Positions 23,351 to 36,800 of a DNA stretch of 64,000 bases are shown here, in pieces. Under the pieces are notes generated by a model, which did no database searches, was not told the origin of the DNA, and saw nothing but the letters and a program-made list of their open reading frames with translations. The position numbers and the translations under genes are program-made. Source of the stretch: Pocillopora damicornis. Taxonomy: Eukaryota. Position 1 is the stretch's first letter. Each line of letters opens with the position of its first letter. The DNA is taken from positions 310,001 through 374,000 of the forward strand of contig NW_020845533.1 in NCBI RefSeq assembly GCF_003704095.1, read 5' to 3'.

Positions 23351-24899
23351 TAAAAAGTGTCGTTCATTTTCTTAAAGTTAAATTAAGTGTTAACCGACTC
23401 ATTTGTAGTGTTTTTCTCCCTCATGGGCCTTCCAAGCGTATTTTACGAAAGTACTTTTGGCCAAAGGTAATTTCGTGACGGCCAATGAAGGCCAAAAAGT
23501 ATCACAATTAAATCGATTAAAATTTCAATTTTACTTTATTGAGATTTCAGACCGAGATGTAATTTAGATATGCTGCAATTTTCAGAGCTTTATTCGTAAC
23601 TTTCATAGATTCTGTTCGTCTCGCGTCAACAGTTAGTAACCACAAACACATAAAGGGGTCTGCCTGTGCTGACACTACCGTAATTGAACAAAAAAATTTA
23701 CTTTACGTTTACTCTCTACCTTGTCGTCTCTCTTCGGGTATTTTTTCTCGTTTCTTTTTTCCTACATTTGGGGAACTAAAGCAACTAATTTTGTCGGATT
23801 TTTAACTGAGGAGCTAAGATAAAAGCAAATCCAGCAAAAATTGATTACAAAAAAGTCCTTGATTTTTAAGCTACACAGCAGCATTACGCGATAACGAAGT
23901 ATCGTAACTAGACTCAAGTTAGACCAATAACTTACGTGCGAGCCTAAACTGCCATTATTTGACAGCGACAAACTGTTTTGCGACAATTGACATATATTAC
24001 TCCTGACGGACAATCAATCTCAATATCAAAGGATCTTTAATTTTTAGTAGAACGGCATGGCCAGCTACCTCTGACATATGATGCCGATTACTCGAGTGTT
24101 CCACACTACCTTGAAGACTTTTCCTATCCACTGAGAAAGCCAATAAATCTTTAATAAATCTCACATTCCATTTGCCTCTGCTTGCCGGAAAAGCGCCTAG
24201 AAGTGACCCCATGTTCTGCAGGCTGGGGGCTCCTGTGATGTAACACACACCTACACGCCAAAGAAACACCTTGCAGGGCATGTTTTCAAATATCTTGTAT
24301 AGTGGTTGAGAGATCAACTTTTACTTTTTACGTAGAAAGCTCTCTTGAGTTATTCATCGTTCCCTGGAAGGAAAAGAAACCACATAAAATAAAGAAGACA
24401 AGTAACCTTTCCAAAATAGCGTTTCCTTGTTGTACCCTTGAGATCCAAACATAAATTTTCATTATCGTTTGCAATAAATTTCTTATTATGCTTGTTGTGA
24501 GAATTAGGCCATGAATTGCCCTATGTCCTCTGGTTTCCATGTTACTTTGTTCTCATCACGTGTCCACTCGACTATTTATACGTAGTAGAAGGAGAAATTA
24601 AAAATTAGTAGCTCATGTGATTGAACCTTGAATGTAAGAATAAGCTCTGCGAATGACGCCGTACTTGGATTTTGACTTCTCTCGTGGGAAAATTCAGGCT
24701 TTCTTTAACACCCTTGTTGGTATATTGTCTTTACTCCTTAGCAACTTTTCGTACAACTTTTCAGCTTAGAATTCTAGCTCAGTTTGAGTAGAAAATGCCA
24801 TTCATCTGATTATATATAGGTGATAGTAACTTAGCTGTCAATCCATGTCGATCGTCCATGAAGTCACAATTTAGATCCGGCAAAACAAAAACAAGATCG

Positions 24900-25470
24900 A
24901 CAATGGTTTCTAATGGCTATCCTTCTTCATTTGTATGAAAACTCGCAAAGACAACAAGGGCAACAACCAACAAAGAGCCCGCGCAGGAATTTAAATCTAC
25001 TGCCGTTCTCCCTTGGTGTATCAGAGGTTCTTCGCCGCTGCCTACAACATCAAGGCATACGGACCGTTTTTAGGTCGGACACAACACTTAGGTCTCACTT
25101 AGTACGACCTAAAGACGCCCTGGAACCATCAAAACAAGGCGGTGTCGTTTACAAGATCCCATGAAAATGCGGCAAAGTGTATATCGGTGAAACTGGAAGA
25201 TCAATGCGAGAAAGGATGAAAGAACATGACGAAGACATACGGTTTACTCGTACTCAGACCTCTGCGGTTGCGTAGCATGCTAACGAAACGGGGCATATTC
25301 CTATTTGGAGCAATGTTAAGTTTATTGATCGTGACCCCCACTGGTACACACCTAGGGTTAAAGAGGCTATCCATATAAGACTTCATCCCAACAACATCAA
25401 TAGGGAAAGCGGAATCGAAATTCCACGAGCTTGGATACCCACGATCAAACAACAAAACAGCCGATTTATG
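24900..25470 (+). mobile_element. Second Penelope-like relic (RT C-terminal linker + GIY-YIG endonuclease) with in-frame stops
   Basis: NGYP...GVSEVLRRCLQHQGIRTVF...LVRPKD...GVVYKIP*KCGKVYIGETGRSMRERMKEH...SAVA*HANETGH...RVKEAIHIRLHPNNINRESG. Confidence 0.88.
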
Positions 25471-26039
25471 AGGACCTCAGAATATGACTTCATTGGAGAG
25501 TTATGTAGAAAATAATATTTAAACATCGTTACATAAAGACAAAGTAAACGGCAAGTTCGAGAAGACGAGGAGGAATGGAATATATAAGTAGGGAGATTTC
25601 AAGGAAATTCCCATACAGAAATCAGTTTTGGTCAAATAAATGACGGTTACATTGGAGAACGGATTGGAATTCTTTCAATAAGTGCAATTGGAGAATAGCT
25701 CACCGAAAAGCCAATTACCATGAAATCTGTAAACACTTTTTCTTTTTTTTTTTTTTTTTTTTTTATAAGAACCCTTTTCATAAGAACGTTCAGACTGAGA
25801 CCAACCAAAATTTTAAAGACATCCTAGGAACATATTAGGTTGAGAGTCAGTTGAGAACCGTCTTTGTTTTGCTAATTTGTGAGAAGTATAAGTATAGGTA
25901 AAAGAAATGCAAAACTTTGGTATAATTCGAAAATTAATTCTAGTATTAAGGGACCTTTTTTTAACTTTAACAATGCGGGTTTCTCCACGATACACTGAAG
26001 CAAAACTCAGTTTTTAGTCGAACTTAATTGATTCATTTT

Positions 26040-26810
26040 ACAATAATACACGTGCAAAAATTTCAGCGTGCTCATCGGCTGAGAACACGTCAATTAATCC
26101 CAAATAGTGCAGAAAGTTGAAGTTTAGTACAAAAAGCTAAAATTGAGTGCAGAAAGTTGAAACAAAATTGATTGACAGGTAAGTCGCGACAGCGCAGCAA
26201 AACAAAATGGCGGAGAAATGGTGAGGAGAAAGTTCCATACAACGTTTTAATTCAAAGTTTGAGTGAGAATGCTAAAAACAGAAAACCTAGCCAGGGGGTA
26301 ACTAGTGGTTAAAAATGAATATGAAAGTATGAACCGGAGCCCCTGAGTAATATTCTCGAGGAGTTTTACGGAACAATTCGTTGCGTAAGACGGGGAAGAT
26401 TGCGAACGTGATAGCTTTCGTATAATGGTTACTGCTGTTAACAGATACCTAACGGAGAAAGAGTATAAACGCTAAATTATTCTCGAGAGAGGTTTTGAAA
26501 GTTTTGAGTAAGTTTTTGCGGGAAAAGATCGACAACTTCGGCAACAAGACAAAGCAAGCGGCCCAACCGGCGATCCATGCTACGGAATAAGAACAGCTAA
26601 AGAGGAAAACAGAGTCATATTTTTGCTTGTATATTGTTAACTAGTAATCACATGACTTTTCCCGTGCAATTTGAGATAATAGGAACTCGTATATTTTTCG
26701 AAGCCTACAAACTGCCCTTGCTCTACAGGCTCGTGCAATATGGTTAGCCTTTGAAAATTGACTCGTGTTAATTTGTCCTAAATTGCAGGAGAAATCACGT
26801 TATTACCTGT
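26040..26810 (+). mobile_element. Crypton/DUF3504-like (tyrosine recombinase) non-autonomous relic
   Basis: Broken frames at 26343-26570 read LSNILEEFYGTIR / DGEDCERDSFRIMVTAVNRYLTEKEY / GKDRQLRQQ, resembling the Crypton-V/ZMYM/KIAA1958 N-terminal block (recognised from memory). Confidence 0.55.
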
Positions 26811-28975
26811 ACATGCTTTACCGCACAACTTTAAAAACATGTTAAGAACGTTTTCAAGCTCAACGGCGAGAAAAAAAAATAAGAACGTTCTGCCTTAACT
26901 CCCAAATTAGACGTAAATAGACTATTTCCTCACAACAGGATACGATATCAACTAATCTAAGTTGTAAAATAAGGTCGTAAAGAGAATAAAAGATGATAAA
27001 CTAGCTTTCATGTTTTCACTGAATAGTTTACAATACATATTATTTCCATTCATATTCCCAACATCAAGATAACAAAGTTCCCAAAATAATGTTGAATGTA
27101 ATATACTTTCACTTCCATCAAATTTTTCGCCGTACTTTTCTGGTATAAACGAATGTAAACCTTTTAGGTTTCACACTTACAAGAACTGGACTGATATTCT
27201 CTTGCCACGAGTCATCTGCAATTTCATCAAATTTGGAGGGCCACGCGGCACACAAAAAAACTGCCTTCACCTCTGGTGAGATCACAAGGACTATAAAACC
27301 TCTGCTCAGTTAAACAGAGAGACCTTGAAGAGGCGTCAATAAGCCGAGGAGGAATAAGGACAAGTTGGGTTGGAGAAGGCCAAAACAATCAACTTGAAAA
27401 TTGCATAATTAATTTTTCAAGAGGCAAAACGTGACGATTCTCTTTGCAGAAGACCCTGTCTCGACCCCTGAATAAATTCGACTCCGAAAAGAATCCCGAG
27501 AGATAAATTTCATGTGTTATCGAACACTTAGGAATCTATCTTGTACTTATTTATGGACTGGAGATACAAACAAGCATCTCTTTTTGAGGATTCCTTTAAG
27601 TCAGATTAGTTCCGAATGAGCCAGAGTAAAACAGAATTTTCAGTCTGCCTTTCATCTTTTCGCAGTCCATGGATTGAAGATACTATCAGCATGAATATCG
27701 TAAAACGGAAAAGAGTTCAAGTCCAAGTTCATGTGAAATTGGTCCCACGTCGCTAATGATTGCTAAGTCATAGACAAGCATCCCTTATTGATGTTTGTTA
27801 TAATTCAGTTGATTTCTGAGTTGACTAGGGGAAAACAGAATGTTCACATTCTGTCTTCTATCTTTTCACAATTTTTTTGAAAAGCTGAAACAGTGAAATT
27901 AGGTATCCATGAATTGGAACCTCTATTCCCCGCCCCCTTTCCTATGAGACATCTCACTTCCGCCCAGACAGAAAATCGGGCCGGTGTTTTGTGTTTCCGC
28001 ACTCTAGCAGTCACTATTCCATGCTACAAGAGACTTCGATGTATGAGCATCCAAACGAAACAATCAAACACTACTTCTCGGTGATTTGTTTGTCATTAAG
28101 TTTCGTGTCAGGAAACGTTTTGAGAAGAGGAGAAGAATCCCGAAAACTCCCGGAAAACTCTTGCTGCGCAAATGTAATTCTTTAGATTTTTGATTGGATT
28201 AACATTAGATTGGGATTACAAGTGTAATGTATTTAGGCGGTAAAGGTGGCTTTAATTTCTAGTTTGCATTATACCGTGAGCCAAGCCCAGCCGAAGCTTC
28301 AAGAAAATTCCTCGTTCTTTTGTGGCCCGTCATGCTGTACTAGGTTGGTTCCTTTAAAACCCTAACGTACTGTCTGCCCTTGATAAGCACTTTTAACAAG
28401 TAATTTTTTCCAGAGTAAGTCCGACAGTTTGTAACGAGGTGATCAAAAGTTCTTCATGTAATTTCGAGCCTCAATGGTCGGTGGAATGAAAGTTATAGAA
28501 ATGTTGCTATTTGAATTTTTGTGTTTATATAAATCTGAGTAAGAGGCCTTCTTTACAGTAAAACTCGATTTCGTAAAAAACGTAATTGGGACTTCCAAAC
28601 CAATAGAGACGCTGTTGAGTAAAACATCTGCACTATGACTAGAAGAAATGACTATTAGGCGATTTCCCATGATTATGTCAATTTATTTTTTCGCTTGAAG
28701 TTCTGAGAAGGTTATATTTACATTAATTCTCAGTGTTACATTCAATCATAAAAAAGTGAAACGGGTATGCCCTGGAGTACAGTTACGTGATCTGCAACGT
28801 AATAAAGGAAAAAAAATAGTTTAAGGCGATTATAGCCTTAAGCTATTTCTCACGCGAGGTAAACTAAGCAGAAAAAGGAAATAGTTCTAACGAGATGTCG
28901 TAAAACTGGCGTTGCTCAATAACTCCAGCAACTGGATATGGATAAATACGTGTGAAAGAGGATGTTATACAATGA

Positions 28976-29195
28976 ATGACTGAAGCCTACTCGGAGAAAA
29001 AGAACTCCGAGTGCTCCTGGTAGGAGTCGGACCTACGACCTTCCGATTAGGACCTCAGATACTCTACTACTGGCCTTTTAATTAGGCCCATAGTGACAAA
29101 CTTCCTGAATACTGCTGGGATAGGAATGTCGATAGGTGATGCCTATGCACAATGATGATGTAAATGAAGGTGCTGAATTGTAAGCCAGGTGTTTT
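28976..29195 (-). mobile_element. tRNA-derived SINE-like repeat
   Basis: Minus strand tagtagag...cggaaggtcgtaggtccgactcctac (B-box-like); flank atactgctgggataggaatgtc resembles 63897-63920. Confidence 0.5.
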
Positions 29196-29296
29196 AAGCA
29201 TAAATTATATGCAATTGTTTCAAATATTTTTGAATATTGATAATCATCATCACTTATCACACATGGTATCTTCGTTTACGAGGTAACTACTAAAAA

Positions 29297-29446
29297 CAGG
29301 GCCCAGTTGTATAAAGGACGGATAACACCATCCGACGGATAATTGCTATCCAGCGGATAACTGTTAACAAAATCTACCATGCTATTCACCGGAGAGCGAT
29401 TTATCCAGTGGATAGCATTATCTGACATTAGAACAACCGGGGCCAG
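29297..29446. mobile_element. MITE with GGCC-type TIRs and internal ggata/tatcc repeats
   Basis: cagggcccagttgt ... acaaccggggccag; repeated ggataa/tatcc motifs. Confidence 0.65.
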
Positions 29447-30791
29447 ATGAATAAAAGGAGGATAACCATGGTTGCCACGGTTTTCAAAACTCGTGGATGT
29501 TTCCTTGTAAAATATCTATGACTAGGTGAATCAACCGTCTCATAAATTAGTCCTGATAATGAGGTTCAACGTTCCCTTCTAGCCGTTCTCTTTACCCATG
29601 TGTTTTTACTTTCAACCACACGCATAAAGCGTAAATGAATCGATAGCTCCTGGAAAATAGGATTTTTTTTTTCATTATCTGCTATCTGACCTGCCAAATA
29701 TGCTATGAAAGGATAGGTAGGCAATGAAAGATTTTTTCCAGTTTTATATCGCCTCATCGAAACACGATAAAGCTGGACGAATTCAACAAACAAGCAAAAA
29801 TGAAAAAATGCTCAAATATACGCACGAATCTGACACAAAAACCTCTCATTAACCACCAAGAAGATAAGAGGCAATCCAGGTATTGGGAGTGATTTACACA
29901 ATCGTACGCGCTCCGATTGTCTCATTCGAACCAAGCGCTCGGTCTCGGCTTGAAACCGAAAACAATCGTTTTGGGGCCTAGTCTCTTTCGCAGCCGTTGT
30001 TTGGTCTCGTCACGCAACGCGCTCTCTCTCCCACCACCACTCAAATGAACTAAAAATAATTGAAGTACTCCTGTGTGTCGATAAATCTAGATCTGTTCCC
30101 TTGTATTTCAATCCATGGATAAGTAAGCATTAGGAATTACACAAGACAAAAATACGCATTGCTTTTGGTTGAATTTATTTGGTTTGAATGCTTTCAGGTT
30201 ACATTATTATAATTTTTAATAAGTACTACGAAAATATGTTTAATCCTGTTAATGTGTCTGAAAATAGGATCGGGATATGAAGAGCCAGGAAGCACGTGAC
30301 TGCCAAGATTTTCAGTGAGTCCCCACCACACGATCAAATTCTTTGAAGTAGGTGACGACCATCAAAAACCTACATTTATACAGTTATACAAGCCAGAAAC
30401 TGAAGTTTCTGGCTTGAATAACTTGTTCTTTGGTGGAGATCTGGAAGTTCTAAAAACATTCATCTTGTTATCGAAATTTTTAACACTGCATTACATATTT
30501 ATCGCACTCCCTATACGAAAAACCTATTTGCAAATTGTCGACCCCAACCTTCCCTGCTTCCTCACAAGGACTAATTCACCTTTCTAAATCGTGATCAGTA
30601 GTCTGTCTTTTAGTGAAAGAGCATTTCTCTGGTCTCTCTGTAAAAACCAAAGAAATGTGTAAGTTGGCAGCATAGTAAATAACTCATTCTGTTAAAATTG
30701 TTAATTACCGTGCCTCATCCAAGAATAGGTTTCTTTTGCACACACTCTCACTTTGGGGTACTTACTTAAACCCGGCAGCCGATGATTCAAC

Positions 30792-30833
<42 letters not shown>

Positions 30834-30839
30834 TAATAA
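30792..30839. repeat. (AAT)n microsatellite
   Basis: About 13 perfect units followed by variants. Confidence 0.9.
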
Positions 30840-33800
30840 CAAATGCTCTATTTAAACTGAAAAAACGGATCAGCGAATTCATCAAAAAGAACGCTGGTAT
30901 AAACCGGTGATCAGTACATAAAAATACTATTAAAAATACAATTCACCATCGATACAAGTTAAGATTGAATTAAAAATTGCCAAATTTAGACTATCATTAA
31001 GACTAAGACTATCACTTTGCTGGTCATAAAGAAAAATTTAACGGCAATCTGCAAGGACAAATCAACAATTTCGAGATTTTCTGCCCAGTAAACAATGTCA
31101 TATACTATCTCTCACAGATTTCGTTCATCATACTGTTTAGCTGTTCCACGTATACATAATCATTGAAGTTGGCTTTAACTCAATATCATTTTTTGTCTGT
31201 TTTGTTATTAATAGAATTTTGTGACCCCCATCTCATTCGATGCTCTTTTTAGTTCATAATTCTTGCTATCCTAATATTACAATACAGTAATATGTTTTAA
31301 TTTTTTACTCATATGGTCAGAGCTCAAATGCAGCCGTGATATGTGAATTGAAAACCTAATTTCAGCCGCGATCCTCTTGTTTTGTGGACCGTGTTCTTGA
31401 ATTATGATTTGATAATATAATCTCAAACATTAATTGACTCATTCAAAATTAATTTCCGGCAATAGACTCCTGTTACAGGTTAATGGAATCATCGACTGAG
31501 GATTTTTTCAGTATTTGAATCACGAGGGGCCCTGTTATCCTGTAGTTCTCTTTGTAAAAAAAATGAAGAGGAAACACGAAGAAGACTTTTCCAAAAGAAA
31601 AAAGACAATCTCAGTTGCATTTTGCTCTAGAACTACAACTTGGTAAGTGAAAAATTTAGAATTGGCAAACATACGTGACTTATGGCTGTCGGGGTGTCCT
31701 TTGGGGTAAATTTGGCTGGTGTCCAGACCGACCCTGTCGCCGAAATGTTCAAGAAGTTCTTACTGCAGATTCGAAGGGCTTCAAAATGACCGGTCATTTA
31801 ACATTTTCGCGGAATTGAGTCCTCGACAGCAGAGCTTTTATGGAATATTTTTCGATAAACTTGAAGGAAAACTATCTGACTTTCGTTAAAGAGAGTCTCG
31901 AAGTGGGAAGACGTGGTTTAGTCTAAGAATCGAGCGATTTTCGAGAGTGAGTCAGTCCGTTGATTTAACGAAGCCTTCTTCCCTTCTTCACCTTAGTACA
32001 GTCAATAGTGAGATAAAAGCTCAGCTAAAACTCGACGGAATGGCCTAAAAATTGCTTCCAGAGAACAAAAATAACATTATCAACACTATGTGAAGGTTAG
32101 AGTATATTTGCTTCATTATTTTACGGAGTTACAAAGCGGAGCCTAAGCTCCCATTCAAAGCTTTATAATATTATCCTCAGAAATGGCTATTGTCAACTCT
32201 GCACGCGTGGTTCGACCATGTTGACTTGCGTGTTAAGTGCAATGGCAGCGAAGAGCGAAGATTATGACAAATAAGTTCGAGTTTTGGTTTCGTTTGTTCT
32301 CTTGGCAGAATTTAAGATACGATCAAACCGCGCACGGATATCTTGACGATGTAATGTTGTTGCTTTGAACTTTTCATCGATACATTTCGCACACGATGAG
32401 GATGGGCAATCATATTGCCGAGCACAGCTTTTTTTTCGTATTAAATAAGTTAAGGTCATCACCATAAGATTCAAACTTCTGTTGTTGAAAATAAATCACA
32501 TGGAATTCCCTTGCGTTTTCGAAGTCGAGGTCGCTTCAAAACAGAACAGACCTTGTGCACTGTGAACTCGTCTGAGGAATTTCGGACTTACATAAGTTAA
32601 CTGGAGTAATCTGTGATGGACGTTTTCTCGTTAACTTAAAATGAAATACGTGATTTGTGGAATTGCTTAAACTACAAACAAGAATCGGACCCTTCACCGC
32701 TCCCGCCCCCCTTCCAATACTATTGGGATACGGAGAAGAATTTATTTCTATTTCTATTCAAGGAACAAAATACTTATTCTTTTGTTTCTCAGTTTTCGAT
32801 GAGTTATTTCATAACTTTGTTCATGAGAATTGAAAATGTTGATATTCTCTTGCCTCGTTGAACACTTAAACTCGGACAGTATTCTTTTCCGCCTGGGAAT
32901 ATTTCAGATTACCGGCCGCAGGAAAATGTCTGAAAATCTGCCATGGGCTAAAATTTCATCAAAGGGTTGCATAAATAACCCTAATCCATTAATCTACACT
33001 AGACGCCGGAAAAAGCTCAATCTAAACAAATTATAGTGCCATTGGCTTATTAAGTAGTGAAATTGTGGTCGAATGTCATAGAATGCGCGCAGACATGATC
33101 TCACATTTGATGCCATAGGAAAGTTTGATGTAAGAATTGGTTATTCTCATACAGAATGATAATAAATGCAAGCCCTCTAACGCGCAGGATCAATTTCACT
33201 GGTATGATTCTTGTTTTTTGGCTTTCTCTTATAAATAATCTCCTCTTCATCCTCCATACAATCGCTGTATCTTATTATTCCTTCGTTTTCTTCTTCCTGG
33301 ATTGTGGCTACTCAGTAAGAAAACGTGTCTTTTGCTCGTTATACTGAACGTTAGTTAGCGCACCGGCAGATTCAGAGAGTTTTTTTGTTCTTTAAATAAA
33401 GGTGATATAGCTCAAAAATTCCCCCCTGGCCGCTCATCACTCCATTTTTCTTTTATCTATGCATTTATTTGTTTACACAGTATCAAAAATTGTTAAATAC
33501 CTATGAAAAATACTTTGTCGCTGGTTTGACGAGGCGTTTAGTCTCGGCGTAGAGACTCATCAGATACTTCTCGGAATTTTCTATCAAACTCGTTGAGCAT
33601 CGCGCTCAAAGTCCGGTCCACAAATTCAAGAGGTTAGCAGTCTAGCTCTCAATCGCAGAAGGATTCCCAACCACACTTGTAACTTGTAAACGAGTTGCAT
33701 ATATTTTTTGTACTTATATCTGATTATTCATTTGTCAAATGGTGTCAAAACGATTAAAGCAAAATATATGGTAACATGGAAAATTGCGAAAAAATTTCAT

Positions 33801-36800
33801 TTCATTTATGAAGCGAAGATAGAGTAGGTCACGCTTCATCACCAGATATCGGCCACGGGGAAATTCTTCTTTTTTCATAAAAAATAGGAAATTGATCTAA
33901 CGTTACATTTTGATTCTCATGCTAGAATGATTTTTAAAAGAGGGTCTGACTCGATACCTAAAATGAACATACTTCAACAACTTTCTTTTTGTATTTCGCT
34001 TTTCCAAAAAATTATATGAACTGTCAACGACGGTTAGAAGATGTTGATACATTTGATATTGCTTAGCTTCGAAAAATAAGAGTGCAGAGAGAAATCTAGT
34101 TGCGTTATCGAGGCAAGCTTTGTCCTAAATTCATAATAAGATAGAGTATGCCAAAACTAATGACCTAAAAAATTATCTCCAGTCTCTAAAGAAAGGCTAT
34201 CAGTATTAGACACATGTTCCATCTCAAAAATACTTAATTTCTTTAGTGCTGTAACCGAACAATTGCGCTTAAGCGGTTTTTCATATTTTCTTTGACCATT
34301 GACCCAAATAGTCAAATTTACCTGCTCATTCTTTTGTCTTTGATGGTTCAATTTTTCTCTTCTACACCAGTGTAACGAAAGGAAAGAAGCAGTTCATTTT
34401 ATCATGTAAAGATGCACATAAGATCATTGACAAGTGCATAAAGGACTGATCAACTTCATCTCACAAATATGAACTGAACACTGAAAATATTTAATTTCTT
34501 GTTATCATTTGTTTTCAATTTTCTCCTTGCCCCAGAGTTTTCTCTTTCAAATCGTTACAATAGGTGAGTGTCAACGTATGGCAGGTCTCCAAAATGTTGT
34601 TTACAAACCTTTACATTTGATGGGCTTGTAAGGGGACCGACTGCTATCTGATTCAGAAATGTTTTTCAAAAAATAAAATTTTTGGAATTCTTTTTTTAAC
34701 CTTTCACTCCCTAGAAAAATTTGGAAACATCTTTTTGACAGCAAACAGGGCTGCAAATTCTTCCGAAGTTCCCTAGCCACACATTGTACTTGTCTCTACA
34801 GTATCTGACTTAAAAATTATGATGGTGGAATAGTTATTATGGGCCAGCTAAACTCTTTTTTGTTTAAATTTAGGGTTCGTTATTCCGTGGCATACAGATG
34901 ACTAAGCCTCTACGACGAGCCCGTTGCAAGTGGCCTTCAGGGGGTACAACATCTGATCGCCAGGTGATTGTTAGATCTATTTCTCTTAGAAGTTCTTACT
35001 AGTTCTAATACTCAAGTCTACTTGAAAATTCAGCAGAAGCAATTGTGCATCATCTCGAATTCAGAGAAATACGGAGTGTGCCCGTTCTTCTTTCGCTAAT
35101 ACCTCTATCGCTTGCTTGTGCAAGGTTTTTTCTTGCGCTTTTGCTTGCGCCTGTGCACTGACAAAAATCAGCCTCAATGATCACAGGCTTCACGAAAAGG
35201 AAATTTTCAAGGCTACGACCAATCATACCTATGTTCAGCAAAAAGGCAAGTTAAGCCCTTCACAACCTGTGGCGAGACGACACTCAATAATTGCGGTCAG
35301 AGATAATGTTTCTCTTATTCTAAATATAATTATTTTTTTCGATAACACAAATTTGACAAAAAAAGTATTGCATAATAATCGTAATGAACCTACGTATGCC
35401 TATACACGTGACAACCGTGAACAATTTTTTGAAGTTTGTGGGCTAAAATATTTTCTTCCAGTAATTCTCTTATGTAACTTGTATATCATTGTGAAGTTTA
35501 CATTCCATTTGTAAGTTTTTGAAAATATTTCCAAATCTTTCCTTGGTCATTGAAAGATGATCTGATGGAACAGTTAAACCCAAAAGCTGAACATACCTTT
35601 TGTCAGATAGACTTTTTTCCCTAAAAGTTTATAAGAATAGTGAGTACTCTATAGGAGTTGACTAAAATAGCATCGAAGTTAGAAATATGAAAGAAACTTT
35701 TTCCTTTCTCAATTGAATGATCTGTTCATCCGGTTGTGACTAATTTTATGCACCCCAAAACTCAACAAACTTTTTCCTCAACTTTCTACCGCTTTCTTGA
35801 CCGACTGCATTTCAGAAGGTCGCTGCAGATTCTAGTGCTTTGAAATTAGTCCTGAGGTATGTAAAGGTCAGAGGCTTCCTTTTCATATTCAAAACACTGA
35901 CCATTAACTCAATTAAAACCCTCGAACACTCTTTGGAACCATCTTGAAGAACCTAATTGGTCTTTGACGGATGCACAAGCCGCGAGTCATTTGATCAATA
36001 AGACAATTATAAATGTAGCTGATGAAAAGATGAAGCCATAAATAGGAAGGTATTCGAGTAGGGCTTATTAATTCATCATTGCCACCTCTCACTTGAAAAA
36101 TAGTTATTTAGCTTCAACCCTGACTCCGTTCATTACTTATAAAAAATTATAAGAACAAGCTTCTAGGCTCGAAGCCTTGAGGACGAAACGCCTTTAAAGG
36201 AAAAAAAATTGAAACATAAGTATTCAATCCTATCAAGAAAATCAAAGAAAGAGCCTGATTAAAGAGATCATTGAAAAATTTGCAAATTAAAAGACACACG
36301 CAAAATGTAACGATATACTGCGACGAAAAGGAAAGAAGAAAGCGACGAAACAGTAGAGTATCAACATGGTCACAAAACGAAAACTCTGAAAAACATTAAA
36401 ACGGTCTGGCATTGCTAGCTGCAATGAAGGTCTTTAATAGCTTTGTGCGGCATACTTTAGGAACAGAAGAAAAAAAGTAAAGAATGGCTCCAGTCAATTT
36501 TTTTCGGTGAACGCGGGTTCAAGGTAAAACCATTTAAACAGATGTAAGTATACATGACATCAATTCGCGACTATTAATCACATTGCCATAAGAAGATTAA
36601 CGGTATCTGGCTCTCATTGTTAGGGATTTCAGTCGAACAGTTAAGAATTGGAAATCAGCTGTTTATCTTATTATCTGGAACAAGCATCGCTGCTTTATTT
36701 CTGATTTACAATTCTTCCAAACATAAATTTCTTTAAATAGTGCACTTTATCTTTGCCTGTTACAAGTACATGATATTTCTGCTTGCGGTGAGTGAAATAT

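Larger units (their letters stand above)
21621..23376 (-). mobile_element. Penelope-like retroelement (RT + GIY-YIG), 5'-truncated and frameshifted, with inverted pseudo-LTR
   Basis: RT motifs MGSPFSPVLTNLFM, YRRYVDDTF, IPFLDV, SVYRKKTFTG; GIY-YIG VIYKFLCAGCNACYVGETSRHL; 21649-21895 repeated inverted at 23114-23376; 13-bp direct repeat taaagttaaatta at 21608 and 23373. Confidence 0.92.
21469..23683. mobile_element. Foldback element/MITE with about 150-bp inverted arms (21469-21619, 23527-23683), interrupted by a Penelope-like element
   Basis: The reverse complement of the left arm aligns along its length to the right arm (gagatgtaatttag, gcaattttcagagctttattc, ggtctgcctgtg). Confidence 0.75.

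Noticed and set aside
23997-24540. Two minus-strand ORFs (70 and 106 aa) with a hydrophobic stretch
   Set aside because: Not in frame with each other, no recognisable motif and no convincing splice sites.
28990-29070. Possible tRNA gene
   Set aside because: B-box-like motif only; no complete cloverleaf; better explained as a SINE head.
32262-32474. ORF with CxxC (CPSSSCAKC)
   Set aside because: Too short and unsupported; at most a transposon-protein remnant.
35116-35514. 132-aa ORF
   Set aside because: Non-ATG start, AT-rich low-information sequence, no domain or splice support.
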